From an uncultured bacterium (GTDB taxonomy: Bacteria; Planctomycetota; UBA1135; GCA-002686595): a stretch of DNA of 64,000 bases. Made by a program: the position numbers and the translations under genes. Shown piece after piece: positions 8,824-18,442 of the stretch. Below the pieces are notes generated by a model. The model did not search any database and was not told the origin of the DNA. It saw only the letters and a program-made list of their open reading frames with translations. Location: the NCBI GenBank assembly GCA_943787795.1, contig CALSNU010000006.1, forward strand, positions 192,001 through 256,000, in the 5' to 3' direction. The number at the start of each line of letters is the position of its first letter. The stretch's first letter is position 1.

Positions 8824-11799
8824 TCAGGGGGTGCGCGTCTTGGCATCCGGCCCCTGCTCTTCGCTCGCCTTGGGCGCGAGGAACTCCTCAAGGGTGGCCT
8901 GAAGGTCATCGAGCCGGATCGGCTTGGCCAGGAAGCCGTTCATGCCGGCGCCCTCGCAAGCCTCTCGGGATTCGACCAGGACGTTGGCGGTCACGGCGAT
9001 GATGGGGGACTCATAGCCTCCGTCGCGCAAGATCCGCGTCGCCGTGAGGCCGTCCATCACCGGCATCTGGCAGTCCATCAAGACCAGCTGGAAGCTGCGC
9101 TGCTTGAGGATCTCCACGGCCTGCGCGCCGTTTGACGCGAGTTCAAACTGCACCCTAAGGCGGGAGAGCATGGCGGACATCACCCGTTGATTGACGAGGT
9201 TGTCTTCCACGAGCAACACCTCCCCTGAGAACCCGACCAGTGAGAGTCCGCTGGCACGCTCCCTCTCCCTGGCGAGAAGCGCCGCAGCGAGTTCACGTCG
9301 CGTGACCGGAGCCGCGAGGGCGCTGCCCTCAATAGAGCCGGCGTTCTCGCTGAGCCAGGCCCACTCCGTGATCACCACACGACGGTTCGGGATTCCGTCG
9401 AGCGTGGAGAGCGTTCGAACCAGGGTCGGGCCGCGGTTGATCACAACCACCGGGGCCTCGGGGGCCTCCTGGGGCGAGGAGACCTCGCTGGCGCCGAGGG
9501 CTTCCAGGTACCCCCGGGCGACACCCTGGTTCTCGGTCAGATCGCCCCGAAGGACGAACCTCATGCCCGTGAGTTGAGGGAGGGTCGTCGGTTGACCGCC
9601 GCTGGGCAGGTCGAGCTCTGCGATGAACGCCGCGCCCCTTCCGCGTCGACTCCGCACCTCGATGGAGCCGCCCATCAGCGCCACGAGCTCACGGCAGATC
9701 GACAGGCCCAACCCGGTGCCCCCGAAGCTGCGGGTGGTGGAGTCGTCGGCTTGTTGGAAGGGGGCAAAGAGCTTGGGAAGCGCCTCCTCGGCGATCCCCA
9801 TCCCGGTGTCCGTGACCTCGAGGCGGAGGCCCACGCGCCCTGCTGGGGCGCTAATGCTGGACAGCCGGAGGCCGACGTGTCCCTGCTCCGTGAACTTGAT
9901 GGCGTTCCCGACCAGGTTGACCACCACCTGCTTGAGCCGAGTCGGATCGCCCAGGACTGCCGCCCCGCCAATGGGCACCTCACAGGTGAGCTCGATCTCC
10001 CTCCGATAGGCCGCGTGGGCCATGAGCCGCGCGCAGTCCTCGACCAGCTGAGCAGCGTCGAAGGAAAGGCTCTCGAGGACGATCTTGCCCGCCTCGGCCT
10101 TCGAGAAGACGAGCACATCGTCGAGGATCTCGAGGAGGTGCTCTGCCGCCGAGACGGCTGTGGTGAGGTTCTCCTGCTGCGATGAGCTGAGCTGGTCCAG
10201 CTGCAGGAGCTGGAGCATGCCGAGGACCCCATTCATCGGGGTCCGAAGCTCGTGACTCATGTTCGCGAGGAACGCCGACTTCGCGCGCTGGGCCTCTCGC
10301 GCCGCCATCATGGCCTTGCGCGTCTCCTCCTCGACGCGCTTGCGCTCGGTGATGTCCCCGACGACCCAAAGGACAAAGTGAGAGGCCTCCGCCTCATCGC
10401 CCACGGGGGTCCGCGCGAGCTCGACGGAGATCGTGGAGCCGTCGCTCCTACGCGCGTCGACTTCGAGCTTGCGACCGTCGCCGGGTCCCGTCTGCCCGGC
10501 GGGGACGGCGACCCAATCGCTGAAGAGGCGCCCGACCACGGCCGGACCCTCCAGGTTGAACATGCGCAGGAAGGCCGGGTTCGCGTCCATGACGCGGCCC
10601 TGGCGGTCGACGCTGACGATGCCGTCGATGACGTTCTCCAGGATGGCCCTCTGGAGCTGATTCTTGCGATCAAGGGCCGCCTTCTCCGCGAGAGCTTCGA
10701 CGAGCGCAGCGACCTGCGGGGCGACCCCGCTGACCGCCCCGAGGTCCTCATCCACGAATGCCTCGCTATCCCGGACCAGGATCAGGTTCCCGAACTCCAG
10801 CTCACCCTGCCGGAGCGGAATCCATGCAAACCAGCGCCCATCATGAGGCTCCAGCGAGGCCGCCCCGTTGGGGGCGAGGTGGGGAGGCCTGGGGGGCGCG
10901 GCTGTGCAGACTGCACAGCCGTCATGGTCCGCGTGCTTGAGGCAAACGGCGTCGCTCGAGGTGAGCTGGACCACGGTGGCCAGGAACGCCTGGTAGACCT
11001 CCGCTTCCCCGTACCCCAGCAGGTGGAGCTGCTGCGCGCGCGAGAGCGCTTCGAGTAGCTGCACGGTCTGCGCCTGACGCGACCGGGCGAGACCGAGCCG
11101 CTCCGCCATCGAGTTGAAGCTGGCGGCCACCCTCCCGATCTCGTCGTCCCTGTTCACCGGGACACGCGCCATGAAATCCCCGCTGGCCACGGTATCCACC
11201 GCTTCCTCCAGCCCCCGCAGCCGCCTCGTCAGGAGCGTCCCCAGGATGAAGCTGAACAGCGCAACCAGCGCCATCTCGAAGGCGACGATCTCCGTGGCGC
11301 GACGCTTGGCGGCGGAGACGATCTCGAAGGTCTGGGAGGTGTCGAGGCCGATCTCTACCCGTCCAAACGGCTCGCCAGCCACGCGAATCTGGCCGGCCGC
11401 GTCGAACACCCCGTCCTCAAGCGTGTCCGCGAGTGAGGTGTCAGGGGTGCGGGCGCCGAGCTCAATCGAGCTGCTGTGCGCGACGGACGCGAGCAAGCGG
11501 CCTCGGGCGTCGAGGACGCGCACGTAGAGCAGTGAGGTGTCCTTGAGCGCCGTCTCTGCGGTGTCATTGATGGTCGCCAGGTCCTCCTTGAGGACGGCCT
11601 CCTTGAAGGTGGAGGAGAGGAGTCGAACGGCGGTCTCCGCCCGGATTCGGATCTCCTGCTCCTGGGCCTGCTCGATGTATCGAACGCCCGTGACCACAAG
11701 AATCAGGAGCACCACCCCCTCGATCAGCGCGATCCCCAGGATCGTCCGCGCGCGGAGAGAGAGGCTTCGCGTCCGACGCGGCTGGGGGGCCCTGGTCAT
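8824..11799 (-). CDS. Hybrid sensor histidine kinase/response regulator (TM-HAMP-GAF-like-PAS-HisKA-HATPase-REC)
   Basis: H-box FLANMSHELRTPMNG; N-box NLVGNAIKFT; DTGMGI; FGGTGLGLSI; receiver LLVEDN...LMDCQMPVMDG...FLAKP; HAMP RDDEIGRVAASFNSM. Confidence 0.95.
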   Translation of the reverse strand: MTRAPQPRRTRSLSLRARTILGIALIEGVVLLILVVTGVRYIEQAQEQEIRIRAETAVRLLSSTFKEAVLKEDLATINDTAETALKDTSLLYVRVLDARGRLLASVAHSSSIELGARTPDTSLADTLEDGVFDAAGQIRVAGEPFGRVEIGLDTSQTFEIVSAAKRRATEIVAFEMALVALFSFILGTLLTRRLRGLEEAVDTVASGDFMARVPVNRDDEIGRVAASFNSMAERLGLARSRQAQTVQLLEALSRAQQLHLLGYGEAEVYQAFLATVVQLTSSDAVCLKHADHDGCAVCTAAPPRPPHLAPNGAASLEPHDGRWFAWIPLRQGELEFGNLILVRDSEAFVDEDLGAVSGVAPQVAALVEALAEKAALDRKNQLQRAILENVIDGIVSVDRQGRVMDANPAFLRMFNLEGPAVVGRLFSDWVAVPAGQTGPGDGRKLEVDARRSDGSTISVELARTPVGDEAEASHFVLWVVGDITERKRVEEETRKAMMAAREAQRAKSAFLANMSHELRTPMNGVLGMLQLLQLDQLSSSQQENLTTAVSAAEHLLEILDDVLVFSKAEAGKIVLESLSFDAAQLVEDCARLMAHAAYRREIELTCEVPIGGAAVLGDPTRLKQVVVNLVGNAIKFTEQGHVGLRLSSISAPAGRVGLRLEVTDTGMGIAEEALPKLFAPFQQADDSTTRSFGGTGLGLSICRELVALMGGSIEVRSRRGRGAAFIAELDLPSGGQPTTLPQLTGMRFVLRGDLTENQGVARGYLEALGASEVSSPQEAPEAPVVVINRGPTLVRTLSTLDGIPNRRVVITEWAWLSENAGSIEGSALAAPVTRRELAAALLARERERASGLSLVGFSGEVLLVEDNLVNQRVMSAMLSRLRVQFELASNGAQAVEILKQRSFQLVLMDCQMPVMDGLTATRILRDGGYESPIIAVTANVLVESREACEGAGMNGFLAKPIRLDDLQATLEEFLAPKASEEQGPDAKTRTP

Positions 11800-11810
11800 G
11801 GCGGCGTCCC

Positions 11811-12752
11811 TCAGAGCTCCTCGAGCCCAAGTGCGCGGACGTCGTCCCAGTCGGCGTCCTCGCCGCGCTCGAAGCCCTTGAGGCGAATGGGCTCAAGCAG
11901 GCTCATGCCCTCGGGCGTCTCGTGCAGCATCGCCAGCGCCGCCTGGACGGCTGCGACCACCTCAGCGGGGACGCGGGAGTGCGCTGCAATGGCGTGGGGC
12001 GTGAAGCCCTCACTGGTCCAGATGATCTGAAGCTGGTCTGAGACCTCGGGCGGCATCGCGTTGAACGTGCGAACCACGCCGCCGCCTGCAGGGATCGTCC
12101 CGGAGGCGACGTTGCGGTAGACCGAGTCGTGGGAGCTGACAAACTTCGGGCGGTACGTGAGGTCCGCCGCGCCCAACTCGGCGCGCGGTAGCAGCGTCGC
12201 CGCGAACGCCGCGGGCGCTGGGAAGGCCACATCCAAGCCATCGAGGTCTCCGATGGTCTGGATCTCGCTATCTACGCGCGCCACCAGGACCCCCTTGATG
12301 CGCTTGTCCTTGGCCCGGGCGAGGGCCTGGTACTCCGCGGTCTCATGAAACACCACGTAGTGGTAGGGGTTCATGTAGGCAAAGTCAGGCTCCCCCCTGC
12401 GGAGGCTGCCCTCGAACTCCGGGATGTCCTTCTTGGTCCGGAACCGCAACTCGACCCCTGACGCCTCCGAGACGGCCTTGAGCAAGGGGACCCACTGCTC
12501 TGCGGACTTCGACGCTGACTGCTGGGGCACCACGCTGAAGGTGTACTCCTCCACGTCAGCCACGGCGGCGTCCGCGGCGTTCTCCAGTGCTCGAGAGCTT
12601 GCGGGGTCCTTCTCCGCTGCCGGCGAGGGATCCTCGGGCCGGGAAGCTCGGTCTTCACCCGAAGCGGCGCTCCCCGGGGCCGCCGCTTCATGGCAGCCCA
12701 GGGACCACCCAGAGATCAGGATCAGCGTCGGGAGCAGAGCGCGAGGGAGCAT
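11811..12752 (-). CDS. PhnD-like (phosphate/phosphite/phosphonate-family) substrate-binding lipoprotein
   Basis: Lipobox SLGC; motifs FSVVPQQS, DFAYMNPYHYV, AFPAPAAFAAT and SHDSVYRNV; stop lies 11 bp before the kinase start. Confidence 0.85.
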   Translation of the reverse strand: MLPRALLPTLILISGWSLGCHEAAAPGSAASGEDRASRPEDPSPAAEKDPASSRALENAADAAVADVEEYTFSVVPQQSASKSAEQWVPLLKAVSEASGVELRFRTKKDIPEFEGSLRRGEPDFAYMNPYHYVVFHETAEYQALARAKDKRIKGVLVARVDSEIQTIGDLDGLDVAFPAPAAFAATLLPRAELGAADLTYRPKFVSSHDSVYRNVASGTIPAGGGVVRTFNAMPPEVSDQLQIIWTSEGFTPHAIAAHSRVPAEVVAAVQAALAMLHETPEGMSLLEPIRLKGFERGEDADWDDVRALGLEEL

Positions 12753-13049
12753 GGCTTTCAGGGCAGGGCAGGGCAGAGGAGGAGCAGTATGGGAGGCAGG
12801 CATGGACCGCCCGATGCAGCAGAGCAGCACGCATGCAGGCGTTCGGCGGGGTCGAAGGCCTTGACGCGCCGCCTTGGCCGCAGCGGGCGATCAAGACGCC
12901 GGACCGCAAGTTCGTCAGGACCACGGTCCATTGGAACGCGTGAAGCCGGTCACAACACCATGCCTGACTCCAGGGCTCGGCCTGCACGCGGAGAGTGGTT
13001 CGGGGGGAAACCCCTATCGACCGACCCACGCCGCGCTTCACGCACTGCC

Positions 13050-13475
13050 TTACTTCGACTCACTGACCAAGCAACGAGCGATTGAACCCTCGATGTTCAC
13101 GGAGATGGTCACCCGACGCCCTTCGGAGCCGACGCGCCAGGCGGTGAGGATACGATCCGACGCCGAGGCGTTGCTTCCAAGACGCTGCCCCGGCGCATAG
13201 TCCACCGCTTCGGCCAACGCAGGGTCTTCCCCATGGGCCGCCAGCGCCTCACGACAGATCCGCTCGATGGCAGGCAGCGACCACTCCCCGGTCGAGGACC
13301 TCACATCGAGCGCAGGCACATCGAACTGCGTCGAGGTGTCGAGGACTCGGACCAAGGTCAGGGCCCCGACTGCGGCAAAGAGGGCCGCCCAGATGAGCTT
13401 GAGCGCCGTCGAGAACCCCCGAAGCTGGAGTCCATCGGCCGTATCGGCCGCCGCGGTGCGTGCGTCTTCGTCCAT
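13050..13475 (-). CDS. Hypothetical single-TM protein
   Basis: 141-aa ORF with one hydrophobic helix (LIWAALFAAVGALTLV). Confidence 0.5.
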   Translation of the reverse strand: MDEDARTAAADTADGLQLRGFSTALKLIWAALFAAVGALTLVRVLDTSTQFDVPALDVRSSTGEWSLPAIERICREALAAHGEDPALAEAVDYAPGQRLGSNASASDRILTAWRVGSEGRRVTISVNIEGSIARCLVSESK

Positions 13476-13681
13476 ATACGCAGGCTAGCCTCCACAAGCC
13501 CGATTCGTTCAGCCGTCCTCCCGGGTCCTCTCTGATTTCAGCTCCTGATCGGCCCGGGACGCCCGGCAGGCGCCGCGCAGCGCCACCTCTACCCAGAATG
13601 GGCCTCAGAATCTGCCCCGCTCTACCGGGATCCGGGCGTGGGCGTTGAACCGGGACGATGGGTGGAGGACACTCCGATCCC

Positions 13682-14869
13682 ATGCGCCGCGCCCCACTGA
13701 TTGCCCTCCTCGTCGCCGCTGGCTTCGCCGGCTGTCGCGGAACCTCTGTCGCCACGCAGAACCTCGACGCCGTCCTGAGCTCCAGCGACAGCTTCCGCTA
13801 CCGGGGAGCGACCACCAACCGTTGGAAGGACCTGATGGTCACGGGGCTGAATTCTGTGCGCTCGGTGATGAGCGCCGAGAACCGCCCGCAGACCGAGCAG
13901 AGCATTCCGAACCCGACGGAATTCGCCTACGAGAACCTCGTCGACCTCGGCGCCTCGACCCAGGGGCCTACGGCATGGAGGCACAACGAACAGGTTCGGG
14001 TTCTCGCTCGCTACGCGGTGTACGCGCCAAGCCAACTGTGCCGCGAGCTCGCTGTGCGTCAGCTCGCCTCGCACGCAGAGCGCCTTGGACTCTCCGGCCC
14101 GTTCGTCCCCCCGAGCGAGGCAGCCAGCCCGGCCGAGCTCATCGAGGCGGTTGACGGGCTGCGGGACACGCTCCGAAGCGTCTCGCGCCGCCGCATGGAC
14201 GAGACCGCGCGCGCCGATTTTGCCGCGGCGCTCTTCCTTGCGGGGGAGCTGGATGTCGACGTTCAGGGAGGCGCCAGACTGCTCGGCGCGCTGAGCCCGT
14301 TCCTTCGCGGTCGTCTGATCCGTGGAGAGCAAAGGGCCCAGGTTGCCGAACTCTCGCGGCGAGTGCAGGAGCGGATGACGGCGGAGGCGCTCTGGAGCGG
14401 TGCGCGTGATGTCTCGCCGCTCGTACGGGCCGCAGCGCTGCGGGTCGGGATGACAACCTACGGCGACCCGTACCGTATCGAGGCCCTGCTCACCCTTGAC
14501 CCGTCCAACGACATCGCACCATGGATCATCGAGGAGTACAGCGGCTATCAGCTCCCGCCTGCGCTCCCCGGCGACGCTCCGGTCTACGTCGCCATCGCCG
14601 AGGCCTTCGAAGAGGCGGGCGTCCCGCTGGCTGCCCGGCGCGAGACCCGCAAGGGACTGGAGCTGCGGGCCACGCTCGCGACGGCACTCCTGCGGGTCGC
14701 CGTGGCCGACAATGCCTTCGGGATTCGTGCCCAGCACGCCGCCATGAATGCGCTCAGCGCCCTGAGCTCAGGTGAGCTGGTGAGCCTTCGGTCCGAGGAG
14801 TGGCTGGTCTGGGGCGAAGAGGCAATGAGCCATCTTGGCGAGCAGATGCAAGCTGATGGGAACGACTGA
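13682..14869 (+). CDS. Hypothetical helical (HEAT-like) lipoprotein
   Basis: MRRAPLIALLVAAGFAGC lipobox; D-x-x-x-x-VR-x-AA motif (DVSPLVRAAAL); overlaps the next gene. Confidence 0.75.
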   Translation: MRRAPLIALLVAAGFAGCRGTSVATQNLDAVLSSSDSFRYRGATTNRWKDLMVTGLNSVRSVMSAENRPQTEQSIPNPTEFAYENLVDLGASTQGPTAWRHNEQVRVLARYAVYAPSQLCRELAVRQLASHAERLGLSGPFVPPSEAASPAELIEAVDGLRDTLRSVSRRRMDETARADFAAALFLAGELDVDVQGGARLLGALSPFLRGRLIRGEQRAQVAELSRRVQERMTAEALWSGARDVSPLVRAAALRVGMTTYGDPYRIEALLTLDPSNDIAPWIIEEYSGYQLPPALPGDAPVYVAIAEAFEEAGVPLAARRETRKGLELRATLATALLRVAVADNAFGIRAQHAAMNALSALSSGELVSLRSEEWLVWGEEAMSHLGEQMQADGND

Positions 14870-16187
14870 AGAGGACGTCAACAGCGCCCCACCGACGGGT
14901 GTGTCGACGGCCGCCATGTTCGACGAGGTTCGGCGAGAGCGCGGCGCCGCTGGGGCCCGTCGCGGCGCGGGCTGGAGGTTCTTCGGCCTGCTCGTGTTCG
15001 CGCTGGCCGTTTGGCTGATCTCTCGCAACATCAACTGGCACGACGAGGTGCGGGTCGAGAGCCGTTCCGGACAGGAGACACTCGTCCTCAGGGGGTCCAT
15101 CGAGAGCAACTGGAGAGCTCGCCCCATGGACTTCGTCAGCTCAGCGAGCGTCAAGGACCTGGATCTACGCCCTGGGCAGCGCCTGATCGTGGAGGACGGG
15201 CAGATCCTGAGCTCCTCGGGTGCGGTGCTCGTCAGCACCGGAGGAGCATCTGCAGCCCTGGAGGCCGATCTCATCGACGTCCGGCCAGGCCTCGCGGAGA
15301 CCCTGAGCGGCGTCGAGGCCAAGGAGCTGTGGATGGCCTTCGCCCTCCTGGCCCTCGCGTCCCTGGCCGTGGCCACGCGGTGGTGGCGGCTGCTGAGCGT
15401 CCACCGCTGTCCCACTCGCTGGCTAGACGCCGTGCGGTTCACTTATGTGGGGCTCTTCTTCAACGTGATCTTCCCGGGGTTCAACGGCGGCGATGTCGCG
15501 CGGGCCGTGGCCGTCGTCAAGCGTCACCCCACCCGTCGCCCCGAAGCGCTCATGAGCGTGGTCGTGGATCGCATCCTCGGGCTGGTGTCCATGGTGGTGA
15601 TCGGGACCGGCTTCGTCCTCTCTTGCGGGGACCGCGCCGCGGACCTCAAGCTCCCCGTCAGCGTGGCGGCCGCCGCCATGCTCGTTGGAGGCGCGGTCTT
15701 TTGCAGCGGGTCCGTGCGCCGCTGGATCCGCCTCGAGGCCCTCCTGGGCCGACTGCCCATGGGGGAGGCTCTCGCGCGCCTTGACCGGTCCGCACGGCTG
15801 GTGGTCTCCCGGCCCGCAGAGCTGGTCGGGGCCCTCTTGCTCTCCAGCCTGAATCACCTCCTGACCGGCGCCGCGGTCTCGTTTGTCGCGGCGGGGCTCG
15901 GGAGCCACCTTGGGTTCGCAGAGTGGATGTCCACGACGGCCATCGCCAACACCATCTCCGGCCTGCCGATCTCGCCGGGGGGCCTCGGAGTGGGGGAGCA
16001 CCTGTTCGGGTCCCTGGCGGCGGTCTTCGGCAGCACCTACGCCATGGGCGTGGCCACCAGCCTCATCTTCAGGCTCGGGCTCTACGGCCTCTCCATGCTG
16101 GGGGGCCTCGTGCTCCTGATCCCGGGACCGATCGTCGGGTCCACACCTGGATCGACCCCCGGGCCCGCAACGAATTCGCCCGCCTAG
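14856..16187 (+). CDS. Lysylphosphatidylglycerol synthase TM-domain (flippase-like) membrane protein
   Basis: RWWRLL, GLFFNVIFPGFNGGDVAR, SVVVDRILGL and LPISPGGLGVGE motifs. Confidence 0.9.
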   Translation: MGTTEEDVNSAPPTGVSTAAMFDEVRRERGAAGARRGAGWRFFGLLVFALAVWLISRNINWHDEVRVESRSGQETLVLRGSIESNWRARPMDFVSSASVKDLDLRPGQRLIVEDGQILSSSGAVLVSTGGASAALEADLIDVRPGLAETLSGVEAKELWMAFALLALASLAVATRWWRLLSVHRCPTRWLDAVRFTYVGLFFNVIFPGFNGGDVARAVAVVKRHPTRRPEALMSVVVDRILGLVSMVVIGTGFVLSCGDRAADLKLPVSVAAAAMLVGGAVFCSGSVRRWIRLEALLGRLPMGEALARLDRSARLVVSRPAELVGALLLSSLNHLLTGAAVSFVAAGLGSHLGFAEWMSTTAIANTISGLPISPGGLGVGEHLFGSLAAVFGSTYAMGVATSLIFRLGLYGLSMLGGLVLLIPGPIVGSTPGSTPGPATNSPA

Positions 16188-16318
16188 CCCCCAAGGGGGA
16201 GCGCGTGGCGCGCGCCTCACATCGAACCCGTGGGCGGAATCGGGTGGTCCCTGGGGCTGCGACCTGATGGAATACCGGCCGGAACGCCCACGTCTTGCGC
16301 CCATTACCCCCCGCAGTC

Positions 16319-17221
16319 ATGTCTCTCGCCGTCATCGGAACCCTCGCCTACGACTCCGTCGAAACTGCCCACGACAGCCGTGAGAACGCGCTGGGTGGCT
16401 CGGCCATGTACTGCGCAGTGGCCGCCGCGCCCTACACCAAGCCTCGCCTTGTCGGCGTGGTGGGCGGGGACTTCAAGGACGAGCACATCGAGCTCATGCG
16501 TGGTCGAGGCATCTGCACCGAGGGACTCGAGGTCATCCCCGAGGGCAAGACGTTCCGCTGGGGTGGGCGCTATGAGCCCGACTGGAACACCCGCCACACC
16601 ACCTACACCGATCTCAACGTGCTGGGGGACTTCGACCCGAAGCTGCCCGACGGCTACCGCGACTCACGATTTGTCTTCCTCGCGAACGCACACCCCGCGG
16701 TCCAGCTCCAGGCGCTGGAGCAGGTCGAGGCCCCGGAGTTCTCCGTGGCGGACACCATGAACCTGTGGATTGACATCGCCCGCCCCGACCTCGACGCGCT
16801 GATGAAGCGCGTCGACGGACTCATCCTCAACGACGAGGAGGCGCGCATGCTCACCGGTGAGAACAACCTCATCCGCGCCGCGCAGCGCGTGCTGGAGCTT
16901 GGCCCGAAGGTGGTGATCCTGAAGAAGGGCGAGCACGGAGCCTTCATTATGGGCGAGGGGCTGCACTTCTCTCTTCCCGCCTATCCCGTCATCGAGGTGA
17001 TTGATCCGACGGGCGCGGGCGACTGCTTCGCTGGCGGCTTCATGGGCTATATCGCCAGCGTGGGGGACGCCTCACCAGAGACCCTGAAGCGGGCCATGCT
17101 CCACGGGACCGTTGCAGCGTCCTACTGCGTCCAGGGCTTCAGCGTCGAGGAAATCGCCAACCGCGAGCGCGCGGACTACGACGAGCGCTACCGGGATCTC
17201 CAGGCCATCGTGACCCTGTAG
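16319..17221 (+). CDS. PfkB family carbohydrate/nucleoside kinase
   Basis: LGGSAMY, KKGEHGA and DPTGAGDCFAGGF signatures. Confidence 0.93.
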   Translation: MSLAVIGTLAYDSVETAHDSRENALGGSAMYCAVAAAPYTKPRLVGVVGGDFKDEHIELMRGRGICTEGLEVIPEGKTFRWGGRYEPDWNTRHTTYTDLNVLGDFDPKLPDGYRDSRFVFLANAHPAVQLQALEQVEAPEFSVADTMNLWIDIARPDLDALMKRVDGLILNDEEARMLTGENNLIRAAQRVLELGPKVVILKKGEHGAFIMGEGLHFSLPAYPVIEVIDPTGAGDCFAGGFMGYIASVGDASPETLKRAMLHGTVAASYCVQGFSVEEIANRERADYDERYRDLQAIVTL

Positions 17222-17287
17222 CGCGGCGGCGAGAGGGCGCAGCCGCTCCGCGCAGGCCGGCGCGCTGAAACGGAGGCAGCCAGTCGT

Positions 17288-17313
17288 CGACCCGACCCGA
17301 CCCGACCCGACCC
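17288..17313. repeat. (CGACC)5 microsatellite
   Basis: cgacc repeated five times, directly visible. Confidence 0.9.
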
Positions 17314-17616
17314 GGGCATCCGCCAGAACACTGGCCGCAGGAGTGAAGGACCAGAAAAAACGAGGAGGCCCCGGCTCGCTTCCTTCCGGGACCTCCCCAG
17401 GGCTGATGACTCTCCAGTTCAACCCGAACGAACGGGCGATCCGACACCCGTTCCCCACCGAGTCCGCGCAGCCCGCCCGATCGGGGGCAGATTTGGCACC
17501 AACTTTGACTTTTCGGGCCCAAGGGACCTCCAGCGCCGTCCCCCCGACGGCGTCACGCGGGCGGCAGGCAGCCGAACCCTCCACAGCAACCTCCAGGCGC
17601 TAACCGGCGGCACCAC

Positions 17617-17686
17617 GCCCACCACACAGGGCCCACCACACAGGGCCCACCACACCGGGCCCACCACACCGGGCCCACCACACCCA
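17617..17686. repeat. 5 x 14-bp tandem repeat immediately upstream of thpR
   Basis: gcccaccacacagg x2, gcccaccacaccgg x2, gcccaccacaccca; ends 3 bp before ATG 17690. Confidence 0.92.
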
Positions 17687-17689
17687 CGG

Positions 17690-18280
17690 ATGAAACGCCT
17701 ATTCCTAGCCCTGAGCATCGACGACGAGTTGGCGCGCCGGCTGGTCCGGGTCGCTCCGGAGTTCGAGGCTGAGTGCGGCCCCCTGGTGGTTCATGGTGAA
17801 GAGGACCTTCACCTGACGCTGTCGTTTCTCGGGGAGCTGAAGGAGGAGGATGTCCCAGGCGTTGTTCGCTCTGCTGGCGAGGAGTTTCGGGGGCTCTTCG
17901 CGCCTGAGCTGCAGCTCACGGGAGCCCTCGAGCTCCTCCCCGCCGGAGGTCTCTCCCCGAAGGCCCTCGCCGCGGTCGTGTCCGAGGTGGGGGACGGCTC
18001 GGGGCGGCTCCACGCCCTGAGGAATCGCGCCCAACAGGTCGCACTCTCGCGGCGGTGCGCGGCCCACCGCGGCGACCGCCGGCAGGCCTTCCGGCCCCAC
18101 GTGACCCTGGCGAGGCTCGACGGACCGCCTGCGGGCCCCTGCCGGGCACTCGAATCCGGGATCTCGAGGACCTGGACCGGATCCGAAGTGGCGCTCTGGG
18201 AGTCCCTCGCGGATCGAGCCGATGGAGGGCCGCGCTATCGACAGCTCTTCAGCTGGGGCCTGGCCATCGCGCCCAGCTAG
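17690..18280 (+). CDS. thpR: RNA 2',3'-cyclic phosphodiesterase (2H phosphoesterase)
   Basis: MKRLFLAL start; two HxT motifs (LHLTLSFLG, FRPHVTLAR); usual position upstream of recA. Confidence 0.88.
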   Translation: MKRLFLALSIDDELARRLVRVAPEFEAECGPLVVHGEEDLHLTLSFLGELKEEDVPGVVRSAGEEFRGLFAPELQLTGALELLPAGGLSPKALAAVVSEVGDGSGRLHALRNRAQQVALSRRCAAHRGDRRQAFRPHVTLARLDGPPAGPCRALESGISRTWTGSEVALWESLADRADGGPRYRQLFSWGLAIAPS

Positions 18281-18387
18281 CAAGCTGCAAAGCGCCCGCC
18301 GTAACCCCCACGCGGCTCGACCGTCAAAGGTTGGCCGAGACGAAAAACAGCTAGGCCATTCCATCCGGACGCCTGAGACGCTATACC

Positions 18388-18402
18388 GAACGGACACCGA
18401 AC
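18388..18402 (+). promoter_or_regulatory. Candidate LexA operator, direct-repeat type GAAC-N7-GAAC
   Basis: gaac-ggacacc-gaac located ~40 bp upstream of the recA start. Confidence 0.4.
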
Positions 18403-18442
18403 ATCCGTGACCGGCCGCACCACCGCAACAGGAGCATCCAAC

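Noticed and set aside
17494..17508. TGGCAC-N5-TTGA as a sigma-54 promoter
   Set aside because: It lacks the conserved -12 GC.
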